Assembly (NCBI GenBank): GCA_008632985.1 | Contig: QPGO01000303.1 | Coordinates: 1 to 64,000, forward strand | DNA: 64,000 nt | Source of the DNA: Psammoneis japonica | Lineage: Eukaryota | Direction of reading: 5' to 3' | In this document: piece by piece, positions 46,001 through 58,700 of the stretch | Numbering within the stretch: the stretch's first letter is position 1 | Layout of the letters: every line of letters begins with the position of its first letter | Made by a program: the position numbers and the translations under genes | The notes under the pieces: model-generated | The model's input: the letters and a program-made list of their open reading frames with translations, nothing else | What the model was told of the DNA's origin: nothing | Databases searched by the model: none

Positions 46001-49000
46001 TTTTTGCTTCTAAAGTTGGTTGGACAATTGGCAGGCCAGCGCTGCTGTGGTTTTGCCAGCCCACTTCCCCCAGCAACAAACATGCCAGGTGAATGGATGG
46101 CCCCCTTCATTGCCCAGCTCTTCATCTTGTGCACATTTGTTGCTCCAATGAAGCAAGGTGGACAAGCCTGCAACAACGCCATTTCCCAGCACCACACAGA
46201 CAAACCTGGCACCACACAGACAAACCTTTTGCATTGCAAGGAGCAGGTTGGGAGTGTTTTCTGATGTGATTCTCACAGAGAGCTCCATGGCCCGACCTGC
46301 TTGTGGTGTGTCTTGGGGGGCAGTGTTGGGCAGTTTGCATGGCTTGTGACTGGACCAATCACTGGCAATTTGCAGCTTGGCATCTGCAAGCAAGAAGGAA
46401 AAACACAGGGGGGCAGGATGCTCACTCTGTGACTTGCAGCAGAGTTGCTTTCAACCATGTGTGCACTTCTTGTGCCTTGCACATGGTTTCCACTCATCAC
46501 CAATGTGGCACCCAGTGCTGACAAGACACACATGAGATGAGCCAATTTCAAGAGAGCCCAACTTGCCATCAAGGCAATCAGGCCATTGTTGCCAGGCAAG
46601 GTGGCTGCTAAAAATTCAACCCCCCCCTGCTTTTCTTCTTTTCCCAGAAGGGCTGCAATTCCACAAGTCCTGAAAGTTGAGCCACTTGCCAATGTTGATT
46701 TGCAAATGCATTGTGGAGTCTTTCATCAGAGCATGGGTGCAACATGCATGCTTCCTGGTGCCCACCCATGGAGGCAAGCTCATCTTCAAATGAGGCACAG
46801 AGCAAACCCAAGCTGTGGCCATTCAAAGATTGGGCAGCTCCCAAGTGGCAGCAGATTTTGCATTTCTTCTTGCCCAATCCCAAACCATTGCATTGAGAGA
46901 TGAAACTTGAAGGTGCAGCAACTCAAGCACAAAAGCAAGAGCCCAGAATTTCCTCACATGCTCAAGGCTGAAGTCACCAATGTGCTCATGTGCTGATGAG
47001 GCAGTTGGCAAAAAATGCACCCCTCCATGTGTGGGGCCGCACCTGCTGGCACCAGCACATGCATTTGTCAACACAAGGCTTGCATGCTTCCACAACAGTC
47101 TTGAAGTGAAGCTCATCATCAAGTCATTGGCAATGCACCCCACTTCAGGTTCAAGAAACAACCAAGCTGGCTGGCCAGTGCCTGAGAGCATGGCTGCCAA
47201 TGACACTGTGAGTTTCCAAGAGACAAGCCTGCAGACAATTTGTTGTTCAAGACAGTGCCCATGAAAGGGAAGGTGCAACCCTGCCCAGGTGCACCAAACT
47301 GCTTCACAGCTGCAATGAAGGTTCTTTTGCCAGAGCAGGGGTTGAAAAAAGAGCCAGAAACATCTTCAAAGGAAGCCAAGCGCCCCCCAGTTTACAAACA
47401 CCAAGTCTCCAGCGACAATGTGCTTGAGCATGTTTCACCACCACAATGCTTTTGGTTGGCAACAAACAAGCCACGACCATTGCAGACAAAAAAGAGAGCT
47501 TTGGGAGTGGGCGCCTCTCCACAAGGCAAAAAGCCTTGACCAACTTTTCTTGGCAGGCACACAGTGTGCATTTCCTTGGCTGTGTGCTTCTTCTGGCTTG
47601 ACTCATTTGTGTCCTGAATGATCATCTCACAAAACACAACCATGCAGGTGTTCCTTCAATGAATTAACTGCAAATGTTTTTGAACAGCGCTGCTCCCCCA
47701 CAGTCTTTTGTTTGCTTTGACTGTGCATGATTTGAAATGCTCTTGTTCAAGGGCTTTGTGGTCATCTGTTGTTTTCTTGACAACGGGCTCAGAGAAACAT
47801 CCCTTGCTGAAAAAAAAGCCTCCATGTCAGCCATTTGAGCTGCAATGCAGAGCATGTCTTTGGTGTTCAGCACATCATGTTGGGGCTCACACCACCAGCA
47901 TTGAATGCCTGGGAAATGCCTCGCTTTTCTGTGGTGTGAGTCAGCACATTTTTGAGGCCAATGGCAGCATCCTGTCTTGAGTGTGCAACATTGAGAGGGT
48001 TTTGTTTGCCCAGTCTGCAAAACAACAAAAATTGACCACCTGATGTCTGCCTTTGCAGCCCTCATGATTGTTCGCACTGGCCATGATTGTTTGTGGCCAT
48101 TGAACCCACCACAAATTGTTGGGGCTGGCCATGGCACAACAGCATCAAATTGCCAGAGCACTGCACCCATGTCACTTGATTTTTTGTTGAGCGCTGCACC
48201 CGTCACTTGATTTTTTGTTCTCAAACACCACGCAAACCTCCCTTGAGCTGGCAAACAACTCACCCAAGCTTTGTGCTGCAGACTCTCTCTCACAAACACA
48301 TTTTGCCAAGCAACTCAAGCATGGCAGGTGCTGCCACCTCTGCTCCTCAACCAAAACATCATTTGCACGTGCACATTGCCATTTGTCTTGACGGCAGTCT
48401 TGTGCTCATGAGATGCTCCTGCTTCTGGGTGAACGAGACTGTGTGGGCACAATTGGCAAAAGAAGAAAATCTTTTTGACTCAAAGCAGGGGGGGTGTTGT
48501 GCAGCATGAACTTGCTCTTTTGACAGCCTCACACCAGCCAAAGAGCAGAATTTGGAAAAGACAGACTTTCTGTCAGTGTCTCTTGGCGTCTCCGCCAAGT
48601 CAATGATGACAAGCATTGACCTTGATGACGTCTCTGCATTGCAATTTGCAAGAAGTCTTGTTGCAACAGCATCTGCAGAGTCTCTTTCCACACATTTGCC
48701 AGGTGTGGAGACCAGTGTTGTGAGCAGCTCCAGCAGCAAGAAAAGAGCCGTGAGAACAACCATCTGGCTTGCGCAAATCTGACGTTTTGCTTTGACCAAG
48801 TTGGCTGTCATTGTGTTTCATGATCACTTCTTTGGAAAGACCAGCGCAGCTGCACATGACACATGGAGAGAGAGTGCTCCTCAGAGAGCTCAGCAACAAA
48901 GAGGAAAGAAGCGCAGGCTTGAACCCGGCACAGTTGCTTTGCTTTGAGCCACAAAGGAGGGGGGAAAGTTCCCCAGAAAGGAAGTGAACCAAATCAATGC

Positions 49001-49142
49001 TTTGACATGGTCACCCATTTCCCACCATTGTTTCCATTGCTTTACAAAATTAACAAAATTGTTGGCAACAAACCAACACTGTGTGGTGTCTTGTGGTGGT
49101 CTCAAGGTGAGAGTAAAACAAGCTGTGCTCGGTGCTCGACAG
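43076..49142. other. Extremely decayed TpA- and CpG-depleted block running into the assembly gap
   Basis: Roughly a dozen TA in 6 kb, few CG, and no recognisable protein motifs. Confidence 0.75.
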
Positions 49143-49317
49143 NNNNNNNNNNNNNNNNNNNNNNNNNNNNNNNNNNNNNNNNNNNNNNNNNNNNNNNNNN
49201 NNNNNNNNNNNNNNNNNNNNNNNNNNNNNNNNNNNNNNNNNNNNNNNNNNNNNNNNNNNNNNNNNNNNNNNNNNNNNNNNNNNNNNNNNNNNNNNNNNNN
49301 NNNNNNNNNNNNNNNNN
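49143..49317. other. Assembly gap (N run)
   Basis: 175 N characters. Confidence 1.
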
Positions 49318-49383
49318 CACTTTCTCTCCTCACTGGCACTGCCAGAGGACGACAAAACAAAAAGATCGATAAGGAAAAACCCA

Positions 49384-50721
49384 ATGCTGTCGATTTTCAT
49401 TAGTTACCTGCTGGCAAACACGCTGTTTGTTCAAGGCTTCACGCTTTCGCGGTCAACGTCCCGCAACGGCGTCGTACCGCTTTCATCCGCGGCTTCAGAT
49501 GACGAAGAAAAGCGAATGGAAATGGTTCGGCAACTTCAAAAGACCTTTTACAACTCTGCTGCTGATGAACAAGACAGACCGCAACTGGAAAAAGAGACTG
49601 GTCGAGTCACGAATCTTCCACTGTGGAGAGTCGGGTGGATTGAAGTTCCCGGACGAGCAAATTGTTTGAATGTGCACGAAGGTCACTACACCAACATGTT
49701 TGAAAAAATCATTTCTGGACCAAAGCCATGGTATTTTGGTCACTTGCATCTGCCTGGGGGAACCAAAGCCGCCCGAACAGGTGAAAAGCGTTTTGAGCTC
49801 AAGAGCTGGCGGGACGAAATCCAAGACACGGATAGGTTTGATCAAGAGGAGCGATCGGCAGTTGTAGGGTGTTTAATGCGTATCACAGACTTTCGGCGAC
49901 TTCAAGACGGACGGCTCACGATATTAGTTCATGCTCTGGAGCGATTTGTGGTGGATGAGGTTGTGGAATCCTTTCCACATGGTGTTGCTCATGTACAGAT
50001 CCTACCAGATACAAAAGACATGCCGACTAAGGTTGACGAGAATTTTGGCAAAATTGCCCGGGCAGATGCGGTAAGGCGATCCTTTCAATATCATGATTAC
50101 GAATGCGATTCAATAGAACTGCCACTGCCAAAAGATACAGAATACATGTCAACACAAGACGTGGGTGTGTATGGATTGAAAATTGCAAAATGCTTGCCAT
50201 TCGCCTTTTACTCCAAGAATGACACGTCTTTGGAAAGAATAGAACCCGTCAGTAGCCGCTATGACGAAGGTAATTGTAGTTTTGCAGGTGGCCAGCCGCT
50301 ACTGGAGGAAAGATTGCAAGCGGACTTGGTCCTACGAAACCCTCCACCGCTTCCTGGTGTCAAGAGCCAAACGTCACATGACGCAGACGCGCTTGAAAAG
50401 TTCATCTGGTTGGCATTGGATGATTTTTGTCGAGTGTCCGATTTTGTTCTTCCAGAAGAAATACTGTGTCTGTTGCCTCCCGACATGGAATACCTTGACA
50501 TGGGCCATCCAAAGCAGTGCTTGTCAGACAAGTACCCCAAGCAGCGCCGGCAGCGTAGACTGAGCTACCACTTGCCAAAATTGATCGAGAACACAAACGT
50601 TGGCGCCGCGATTCCCATGCGGCAAGTCTTGTTGAACACACCGAGCACACAAGCAAGACTAGCGGCAGTGTTGGAACGCTTTCAGTTGATCAATGATGCC
50701 GTAATGGGACAATTTCAATAA
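49384..50721 (+). CDS. Probably plastid-targeted protein with LON peptidase N-terminal (substrate-binding)-like domain
   Basis: Signal peptide ending VQG|FTL then a Ser/Arg-rich transit peptide; LPLW..., LNVHEGHYTNMFE and GCLMRI...DGRL.I.V..LERF motifs. Confidence 0.7.
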   Translation: MLSIFISYLLANTLFVQGFTLSRSTSRNGVVPLSSAASDDEEKRMEMVRQLQKTFYNSAADEQDRPQLEKETGRVTNLPLWRVGWIEVPGRANCLNVHEGHYTNMFEKIISGPKPWYFGHLHLPGGTKAARTGEKRFELKSWRDEIQDTDRFDQEERSAVVGCLMRITDFRRLQDGRLTILVHALERFVVDEVVESFPHGVAHVQILPDTKDMPTKVDENFGKIARADAVRRSFQYHDYECDSIELPLPKDTEYMSTQDVGVYGLKIAKCLPFAFYSKNDTSLERIEPVSSRYDEGNCSFAGGQPLLEERLQADLVLRNPPPLPGVKSQTSHDADALEKFIWLALDDFCRVSDFVLPEEILCLLPPDMEYLDMGHPKQCLSDKYPKQRRQRRLSYHLPKLIENTNVGAAIPMRQVLLNTPSTQARLAAVLERFQLINDAVMGQFQ

Positions 50722-51017
50722 TGTTCGAAAAAACGAAAGAGTACGTCGTTAGAAACAATAGAGTAGATATCGAAATTATGTGAGCGAAAAGTTGGGTGGA
50801 AGGAGTATAGCACCAAAGATGGGGCTTCGCAACTATTGGGAACTAGGAGCATCTTTCTATCATGATATCATCTCTAGTATTATGATCAAAGTGTGTTCCC
50901 TCGTAAAAGCAACAACCTGCTCTCGAAAACCAAAACTGCAGGTCGGCACCCTCTGTGCGCCCAATGCAGTTCAAGCTAGCTACATGATAGTGATTGATGT
51001 CGCGCAGTAAGCCAAAT

Positions 51018-52562
51018 TCATTGGCCAGTCTTGGACTCTTCTTGTGCCAACTTGTCTTCCTCCTTGACGATCGCTGGCTCTTGGACCGCATCTTGCTCTT
51101 TCTTGGACTGAATCTGCTTCAAGTAAACTCTTGGGTCAAGTTTTCCAGAAGCAATTTGCTCGGCGATTTCAACCGGCGCAGCATTGGCGGGGTCCTTGAT
51201 GGTTTGGGAATGCGGTGCTTCTTGACTGAGTTTCGGTGGAGGTTCTTCTCCAACCTTGCTCACGTCTCGGGGTTTCCAGTACTCATCCTTTTTGTTTTCA
51301 AAGAACTCAACCCACGGTGCCCAGTGGTCCTTCTTGACGTACGACAGTGGCGGCGCCCCACGGCAGTCCACCACGTTCAGTAGCCGTTCGTCAGCCTTGA
51401 GAATGAGTTCTACACATTCAAAGCTCGGCTCGGCTGTCCAGCATGCGTCATGAAGTGGCGTTCTGCCAAAGTCATCCGTAACCTGCAGGGAGCAACCCGC
51501 GTCCAGCATAACCTTGAGAAGCTTGGCGTCTCCCCGTCGGCAGACCATGTGTACAGCAGATTCACCAAAGTTATTGCATGGATTCGGACTGAGACCGCAG
51601 TCGAGCATGTCTCTAAGAAGAGTTTCGTTGGAGGCGCGGATCGCCTGTATCACTTTGATGCCGTAGGATGCCTTTTGCAGAGGTGACGGTTTGCAGTAAT
51701 AGCCACCCTCTAACGAACAGAACTTCTGATTCGAATACCCTCGTGAATCGATAATTTTGTCCAAGCACTTTTGCGGAGAAACCTCGGCCTTTTCAATAAC
51801 CTGCAGAGCAAGCAGAGTGAAAAGCACAACTTTGTCAGACTTTGGCATACGAAACTTGTCTGTATCTGTTTACGCTATCGTACGTACCGCTGATGATGAT
51901 AATGACCTAGGTATATCTGTTTTCCCACCCACAACTTTGCGATACTTGTAGCTACTCCCCGACAAGTCACTCGGTGCACTATTGACACGCGAACTGAGTC
52001 CCCCCTCGCTCGTGGTTTTGATTTTGTTTTGCTGTTCCACAATACCTTGAGCTCGTACCGTGGCTCGGCTCGCGGATGAATAAAAGCGTGGCTTGGAAGG
52101 TTGAGGCGCAATCTTTTCGGGTGGCAGTGTGAAACCTCCACTGGGAGCAAACGCAATCTTATTGGAAGTCCGCAGCAATGCTTCCGTGGCAGGTCGCTTC
52201 ATGCCCGCTTTGGGAGAGCGAAAGGATGCCGTTTGATTTGAAGCGTTCAGTTGTTGCTTAGAAGCAAGTCGAGCCACTTGATTTTGTGGTTGCTGTTGTT
52301 GCTGTTTTGCGTTTTCTATTGTGGGTGGAGGTTGTCCAGCTGTCGTGACTGTGATTGGGTATGCTGTTGGTAATGTTGTGGATGTGTTGTTTGCGTGACT
52401 GATGTGAATTAACGTGGGCGAAGGCGTCACGGCTGGGATCTGAAACCCAGCGGCCTTTGCTTCCTCGGTGGGGCGAATCAAGTGTTGCGGACCATTGTTG
52501 CTAGCATTGCTACCGGGAGCAGTCGCTGTAGTGCAAAAGAATGGTCCTGGTGCCGATGCCAT
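51018..52562 (-). CDS. Ankyrin-repeat protein (intron 51887-51801)
   Basis: NNFGESAVHMVC, DDFGRTPLHDAC and DCRGAPPLSY repeats. A phase-0 GTACGT...CTGCAG intron joins the two ORFs. Confidence 0.85.
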
Positions 52563-53795
52563 TTTGCTGTGTTGTTGTCCTTACAGATTAGAAAATTGTC
52601 TTCCCGATTGTGGTCTTTGTGTGCAATCCCAAAGCAGCTGCGATATGGTTGAAACTGAAGAATACAGATCCATCTGTGTGCTGCAGATGTTGTTGACAGT
52701 ACTGGAGCTCGATCGCATGCAAAGAACATCGGGGGTGATGTGTTTTGTTGATCACGTCACATCAGATCAGCTGTGAAGGGCCAAAAGGCCAACAGCAGGT
52801 CGATTTTGTTGCGACGTGGTCGCTGCGACACGTGTGTGTGTTGTCGTGTCACACACACGTAGGTATTACTTATGGTAAAATATCAAAGAAGGGCGATTCA
52901 GATGTCAATGTGTCCATGTCGATAATTAAATAAATCGATGTCCATGCGACGTGGCACGAAAATAGAGGGAAACGGAACTCGCTGAAAAATTTCCTACGTA
53001 GGTTTTACGTTAAAGCTGGTACGGGTGCATTTCGCATGCACTGAGACGGCCGGATGGCGTCACTCTAACGCGAGAAACAGCTGGGCGATATCAATTGATT
53101 CCGTCATACTTTCGTAAAGAATAAAAAAGGGCAGTTACAAAGATACTTCAATCTTTGTGTTTCTGGGAATGTTTAAGGGTCAAGCGTCATACTTTCTTTG
53201 TTTCTGTCGTTTCCGATGCAACACTTAGATCATTGGCGACACGAATTACATCACTGCCTCTTCTACAGTACAGTATCTTCTGTGTGTCTGCCGACCGGCC
53301 GCCGACACAAGTCCTGTATGTGGACGGGGGACACCCGCGCGCGTTCGATCCACCTCCGATGGCAGCGATTGACTGGCGATTGATGCCAACACTTGGCGAC
53401 ATTCTACTCTCTAGCTAGCTCGAGCTTAGTACTGCTCCGACCGAGTTAGACTCGAGCTAGAGGGCCTACTGAACAAGTAAAGGAGTTGGAAATACAGTAG
53501 TTCCTGTCCGCACTATCTCAGATTAAATAAAGCTCTTCCTTCATAAATGTAGTAGGGATCTTACTCTACTCTCTAGGCCCTACTAGCGACCATGAAGTTG
53601 CTGCCTTCCCTGTCGCAGTCTTTTTAAAAACGATCAGCTCTAGCGGTGGTCCAAGAAAGAAGCAGTTGAATTGGTGGATCTAAAACAGTCGGCTCACCTA
53701 TGGTTTGTAGACATGATTGCCATTATTTGAGATAATTTCAGTTTGCGTTTAGTATAAATTATAATTGTGTAGTTCCTGTAGACGTGTGAAGTTTC

Positions 53796-54443
53796 TCATG
53801 CAGCAATCGCCACTCCCTTTGATGTGTTGCTGTCTAAACTAACCATTTCCTGTTGAGTAGCAGTGCTCGATGCCTTCTCCATCATCCTCATCATTGATGC
53901 ATCAAGTCGGCTTCGACCTGGTGCTGGAGCAGTCAGGGAGCGTTGATCGGCCAATCCCATTTGGTTGGCAAATATTCTGGCGTTCTTTGATAGCAATTGG
54001 GAGACTCTTGCCAATTGGTCGCTATTGACTCGGCCAAAGTGCTTTCGTTGAACTTCTTGATCATGAATGACAGCCTTGATAGCTTGCTGCTGCGAACGCT
54101 TTCTTTCTGAACCGTGCCTTCTGCAGCACCACATTTCTAAACCTCGTCGAGACACTAGGCGTGTCGTCCACTGCTCAAGAACTCGTTGCGTCCGTTGTCT
54201 TGACGTTGCTCTTGTGTTTCCAAAGGTATTGTCAAGGATGTTGCTACAGCTCGATTGTCTCGATTCCCGTGCGATCATTTGGGCCTGTAACTTGAAAGTA
54301 TCGTAATCTTCACTACTCCACCATGACTCGTCATCATCGAACTGTGTTCTACGAATGTCGCTCTCGATGTAAGTCTTTTCTTCTTGGAAGCGCACCCTGC
54401 ATCGATGCGTTTGCGTTTCTTGTTCGTTATCTTGATTGCCCAT
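53796..54443 (-). CDS. Hypothetical protein of a common diatom family (RVRF...WWS..DY...RGLE)
   Basis: Clean ORF of about 215 aa with the recurring RVRF / W.S..Y / RGLE pattern; the start is uncertain. Confidence 0.6.
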   Translation of the reverse strand: MGNQDNEQETQTHRCRVRFQEEKTYIESDIRRTQFDDDESWWSSEDYDTFKLQAQMIARESRQSSCSNILDNTFGNTRATSRQRTQRVLEQWTTRLVSRRGLEMWCCRRHGSERKRSQQQAIKAVIHDQEVQRKHFGRVNSDQLARVSQLLSKNARIFANQMGLADQRSLTAPAPGRSRLDASMMRMMEKASSTATQQEMVSLDSNTSKGVAIAA

Positions 54444-55770
54444 GTTGACGGCTAACAAAAAAGGAAAGAGAAAGGAACTGATGGGACTGCTAAACAGTAA
54501 AGTGGTGTGTCGAAAAGGGGAAGGGGAAGAGATGAACGGTGAACAACGAGAAGTTGTTCTTTTGTCAAATACCCCGACGCATTCTCACACTCACTTCTCT
54601 TGGGCGTGACCCTCCTTTTAGCCAATCACATCTCGTGAAAAAATCGGGACAGATGACCAAAGAAGGGACATTTGGTAAGTATCAGATTGAATGAGAAAAC
54701 ATGATTAGAAATCGCTCCCAGGTCACTTTCGACGTGAAGTGAGGGCACAAATACACAGCTGTAGGTATTGGCGGGAAAAAACGAATCCAAACACGTTGGG
54801 TCACATCGGTATTTAACAAATTTTCAAAATTACTGGGGCATATATAGAATTTATTTAATGAAGGAGATAGTAAAGATTTCCCGCCATTTTGATACGGCGC
54901 TGTTCGTGGTATCGACAAAATTTTTCTTCGTCAGCTATGTGGTTGGATTTATGCCCGCGGTCTTTTCATCTACCAAACCCTGTGTGTGTCCACCTCACCG
55001 TTTTGGTCGCGGCAAAAGTGACCGACACATTGATCTCTTGTTGGGACTCAATCTTCTCTTACTTGTACGGATGAAACCGAACAGTGTGATCAAAGACGCA
55101 GTGCCGCTTCCCCGAATTACAATGTCTCTTTTGATATGACATGTCCGAGTCCAGTCGAGATCTGGTAGTCCCGGTGGCTTCACGCCACACGATGAAGTAA
55201 GCACACAGAATTGGGCGACCTGCACACAAGACGGTTGGGCCTGACGTCCAAAGTTCAACATCCTCATGCAGAAGAATGTTGGAGGCTCCGTTCAAAATCA
55301 CGGTGCTTTGGTGCCAACCTCCAGCAGTAAGTAGGAACTAGAGAGTAGAGAGAGCGAGGCGAAAGGCACCACCCATCTGACCCGCGTCACAGAGAGTGCC
55401 TGAACAAAAGGCCAAAACTTACGAAAGCGAAAAGCGTGGTATCATAGCGAAAAATCAGATGATACGAACGGTGCTCTACCTACTATGACATAACTTTTAG
55501 TATCCCTACTTACTGCTCTTCTTTAGCTACTAGTACCGTAGCTCTAGAGTAGAGTGTTGGAAGCAGCGCGACGATCACGGGACTCACCACAAACTGCTTT
55601 TCGTGGGCCGCGTCCACATCGCGCACACCGCGGGAGCGTCGACGACGCGACGACACGGACGCGATTGGAGATTGGAGCGCAGGCGGTGGATGCGGTGCCG
55701 CAGCAATCAACAACAGCAACAGCCCAAGTTCAGACCACCGTACTTTTGCTCGTTTTAGGTCTCATTCACC

Positions 55771-58700
55771 ATGTTTGAGAAGACTCTGACAGATGTAGTC
55801 AAGGGCATTCGTGCCTCCAAGCGAGATACGGCTCTCTACATTTCTCAATGCATTGCCGAAATCAAGGTCGAAATCAACTCGACTGATCCTTATGTCAAGG
55901 CGAACGCACTGCAAAAAATCACATTTCTCCAAATGATGGGGTACAGCATGAGTTGGGCCAGCTTTGCTTCCATTGAAGTCATGAGCTTTCCCAGATTTGC
56001 GCACAAACGAATAGGCTATTTGGCGGCGTCACAGGGCTTTACTCAAGATACCGATGTAATTCTCCTGACGACGAATTTACTCAAGAAAGAACTTCGCGGA
56101 GCTGTCGGTGGGAGTATGAGGGGTGTGTATGAAGCTGGATTGGCGATCAACTGTCTGTCAAACATTGTCACAGAAGACTTGGCAAGAGATTTACTACCCG
56201 AAGTTACAAACCTTACAAAGCACCCTCAACCTTACCTGAGAAAAAAGGCGGTTTTGTGCCTCTTCAAACTGTTTATCAAGTACCCTCAAGGCTTACGCTT
56301 GACCTTCGCGAAGGTGCAGCAATGCTTAGATGATCAGAATGCCTCGGTTGTGTCATGCGCAGTCAATGTAATTACCGAGCTCAGTGACAAGAATCCCAAG
56401 AACTATCTGCATTTGGCCCCTGCCTTTTCCAGCTGCTTACATCGAGTAGTAACAATTGGATGCTCATCAAGGTGGTCAAGCTTTTAGGCTCGCTTGTTCA
56501 GGAAGAGCCGAGACTGGCGAGGAAATTGTTGGAACCGCTAGCAAACATTGTCAAATCGACTCAAGCAAAGTCACTTCTTTACGAAGCCGTCCATACCATT
56601 ACGCTCTCCTTACCATATTGCAGAAAAGCCGACGGAACAATGCCGCCATCCGTTCCAGGCATCGTTACCCTCTGTGCTCAAACGTTACGCGAGTTTGTGG
56701 AGGAATCCGATCAAAATTTAAAGTATCTGGGGTTGGTGGGATTTGGATCGCTCATGGCGTCTCATCCAAAGGTTCTAATGGCACCGGATTACCGCCCACT
56801 CATCCTGGCATGCCTCAGTGATGAAGATGTCACTATCCGCACCCGCGCTTTGGATTTACTAGGCGGAATGGCATCCCGAAAGAACTTGCGCGAGCTCGTT
56901 TCTCAGCTTGTCAAGCATGTCGAACTCGCGACTGGCGAATACAAGAATGATTTGGTTCTCAAGATTGTAGAAATGTGTTCTTCGGACAGATACGCCTTGC
57001 TGCAAGATTTTGCGTGGTATCTTGATATTTTGCTGGAACTAGGACACGAACGCGGTATTGACGTTCATGCCGAATTATTAGCCAATCAAGTATCAAATGT
57101 CGCGCTGCGTGTCCTTCCGGTTCGAGCTTATGCCGTGCAACGAGGCATGGAGGTTTTGTATGAAGGCGAGAAATCAAGGAAAGTCCTCCAAGGCAATCTA
57201 GGAAATGCTGAAGAAGACGAGGATACTTTTGCAGCAGATAACGGACGTGGGAAGCATATAATGCCGGAAATACTTCCTTCTGTGGCGTGGCTTGTTGGAG
57301 AATACTCTGATTTAATTCGCGACGCCGACATAGACGAAGAAGGCATTGCCGCGATGCTTAAGACTTACAAGGGACTCTATCATGGGACAATTGAATCTCT
57401 CTTGGCTCCATCCAATACCCAGGAACTTCAAACTACAACTCAAAGTGTCTATGTGCAAGCCGCAATGAAGGTATTTGCGGCTGCCACGGGCGATGGCAAG
57501 GTTTCTGGGAAAGAGCTAGAATGTTGCGTGGAGTGTCTATCGAAGTATTTGCCATTGTACATGCAGAGCACCAATGTGGAAGTGCAGGAACGTGCGTTTA
57601 CTTTGTACGAGCTGCTTCGCGCTGTCGACATTCTTTCGGACGGTTCTTTTGGCGCAGACATGCCCAATCTGGCTCTTCTAGGAAACAACGAAGAAGATTC
57701 TTCGAGTGACGAAGACAGCGCTGGCGGTGGCCTAGAAGGCGATTTGCTTGGAGTAGGATCGGGGTCCAGTCAGGGCCAGAACAAGAGCACAAAGAAGAAA
57801 AAGAGCGTAGCGGCTGGTGCATCTTCTTCTGTTTCCTCCAGGTGCCGAGCTGCGTCGTCCACATTGCAATATCTGCTCAAGCCAGAACCAATGAAGCCTA
57901 TTAGTGCCAAAGCTCAACGAAAGAAACGACAGGCGCCTATTGGCTTTTCAGCGGAAGTTTTAGATGCGCCGGTCAACATGGATGTGTTTGCCGACCTCTT
58001 GGAGGAGGAGAGGACGCATCGACCAAGTGGTGGAGGACTGGTTAGCATCGAGTCTGTGAGTTTTACCCAGCAACGACCTTTACGAAGCGCCGCAACCGCG
58101 ACCCCGGCACCAAACGTTGGACAACCTTTTACTGCTGTACAGCCATCAACTGTAAGCGACGGCGTAGGCGGTAACACCTTTCCTTCCGGCTTCCAATCCA
58201 CTACCGGGGGAATGGGAGAAGCGGGAACCCTTGCCCCTCAATTGAACCGTCCACCAAACCAGCATGGCCCGTTCTATCTCAATTCAGGAGGTGAAACTAA
58301 CATGGATGTGGAATCCCGTGAGCAACAGGGCAACGTGTTTGGAGCCATCCAATTGGTCGACAGTGATGGAGACGAGGATCATGAAGTTAGCCCAAAAAAG
58401 AAAAAGAAGAAACAGCGTAAGAAGGACCGAAACCGGAAGCAAAAGAAGGGGGATGCAGCTACGACCCAGATAGGTTTGGAAGATTTTACAATTCTCTCCA
58501 TGACAGATACGTCTCAGAAACCATCAGCAGCCATGGATTATACTGTTTACGGAAGCGACGAGGAGGAGCATGGAGAAACGAACCATGCTCGTGGCTCTAT
58601 TACGGGGCGTAGAGGAAGTGGGATTGTCAACAAGGAATTTGACTCCCTCTCAAAAATTGATTTGACTACACCATTGAGGGAGGACGAAGTCATGCCGACG

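Noticed and set aside
48890..49403. ORFs spanning the N run
   Set aside because: Artefacts of the assembly gap; the real gene starts at 49384.
56420..56460. Programmed frameshift or pseudogenisation in AP3D1, and the frameshifts in PNKP/AKR
   Set aside because: Single-base deletions, such as in the T run at about 56424-56427, in otherwise intact conserved genes are best explained as long-read assembly errors.
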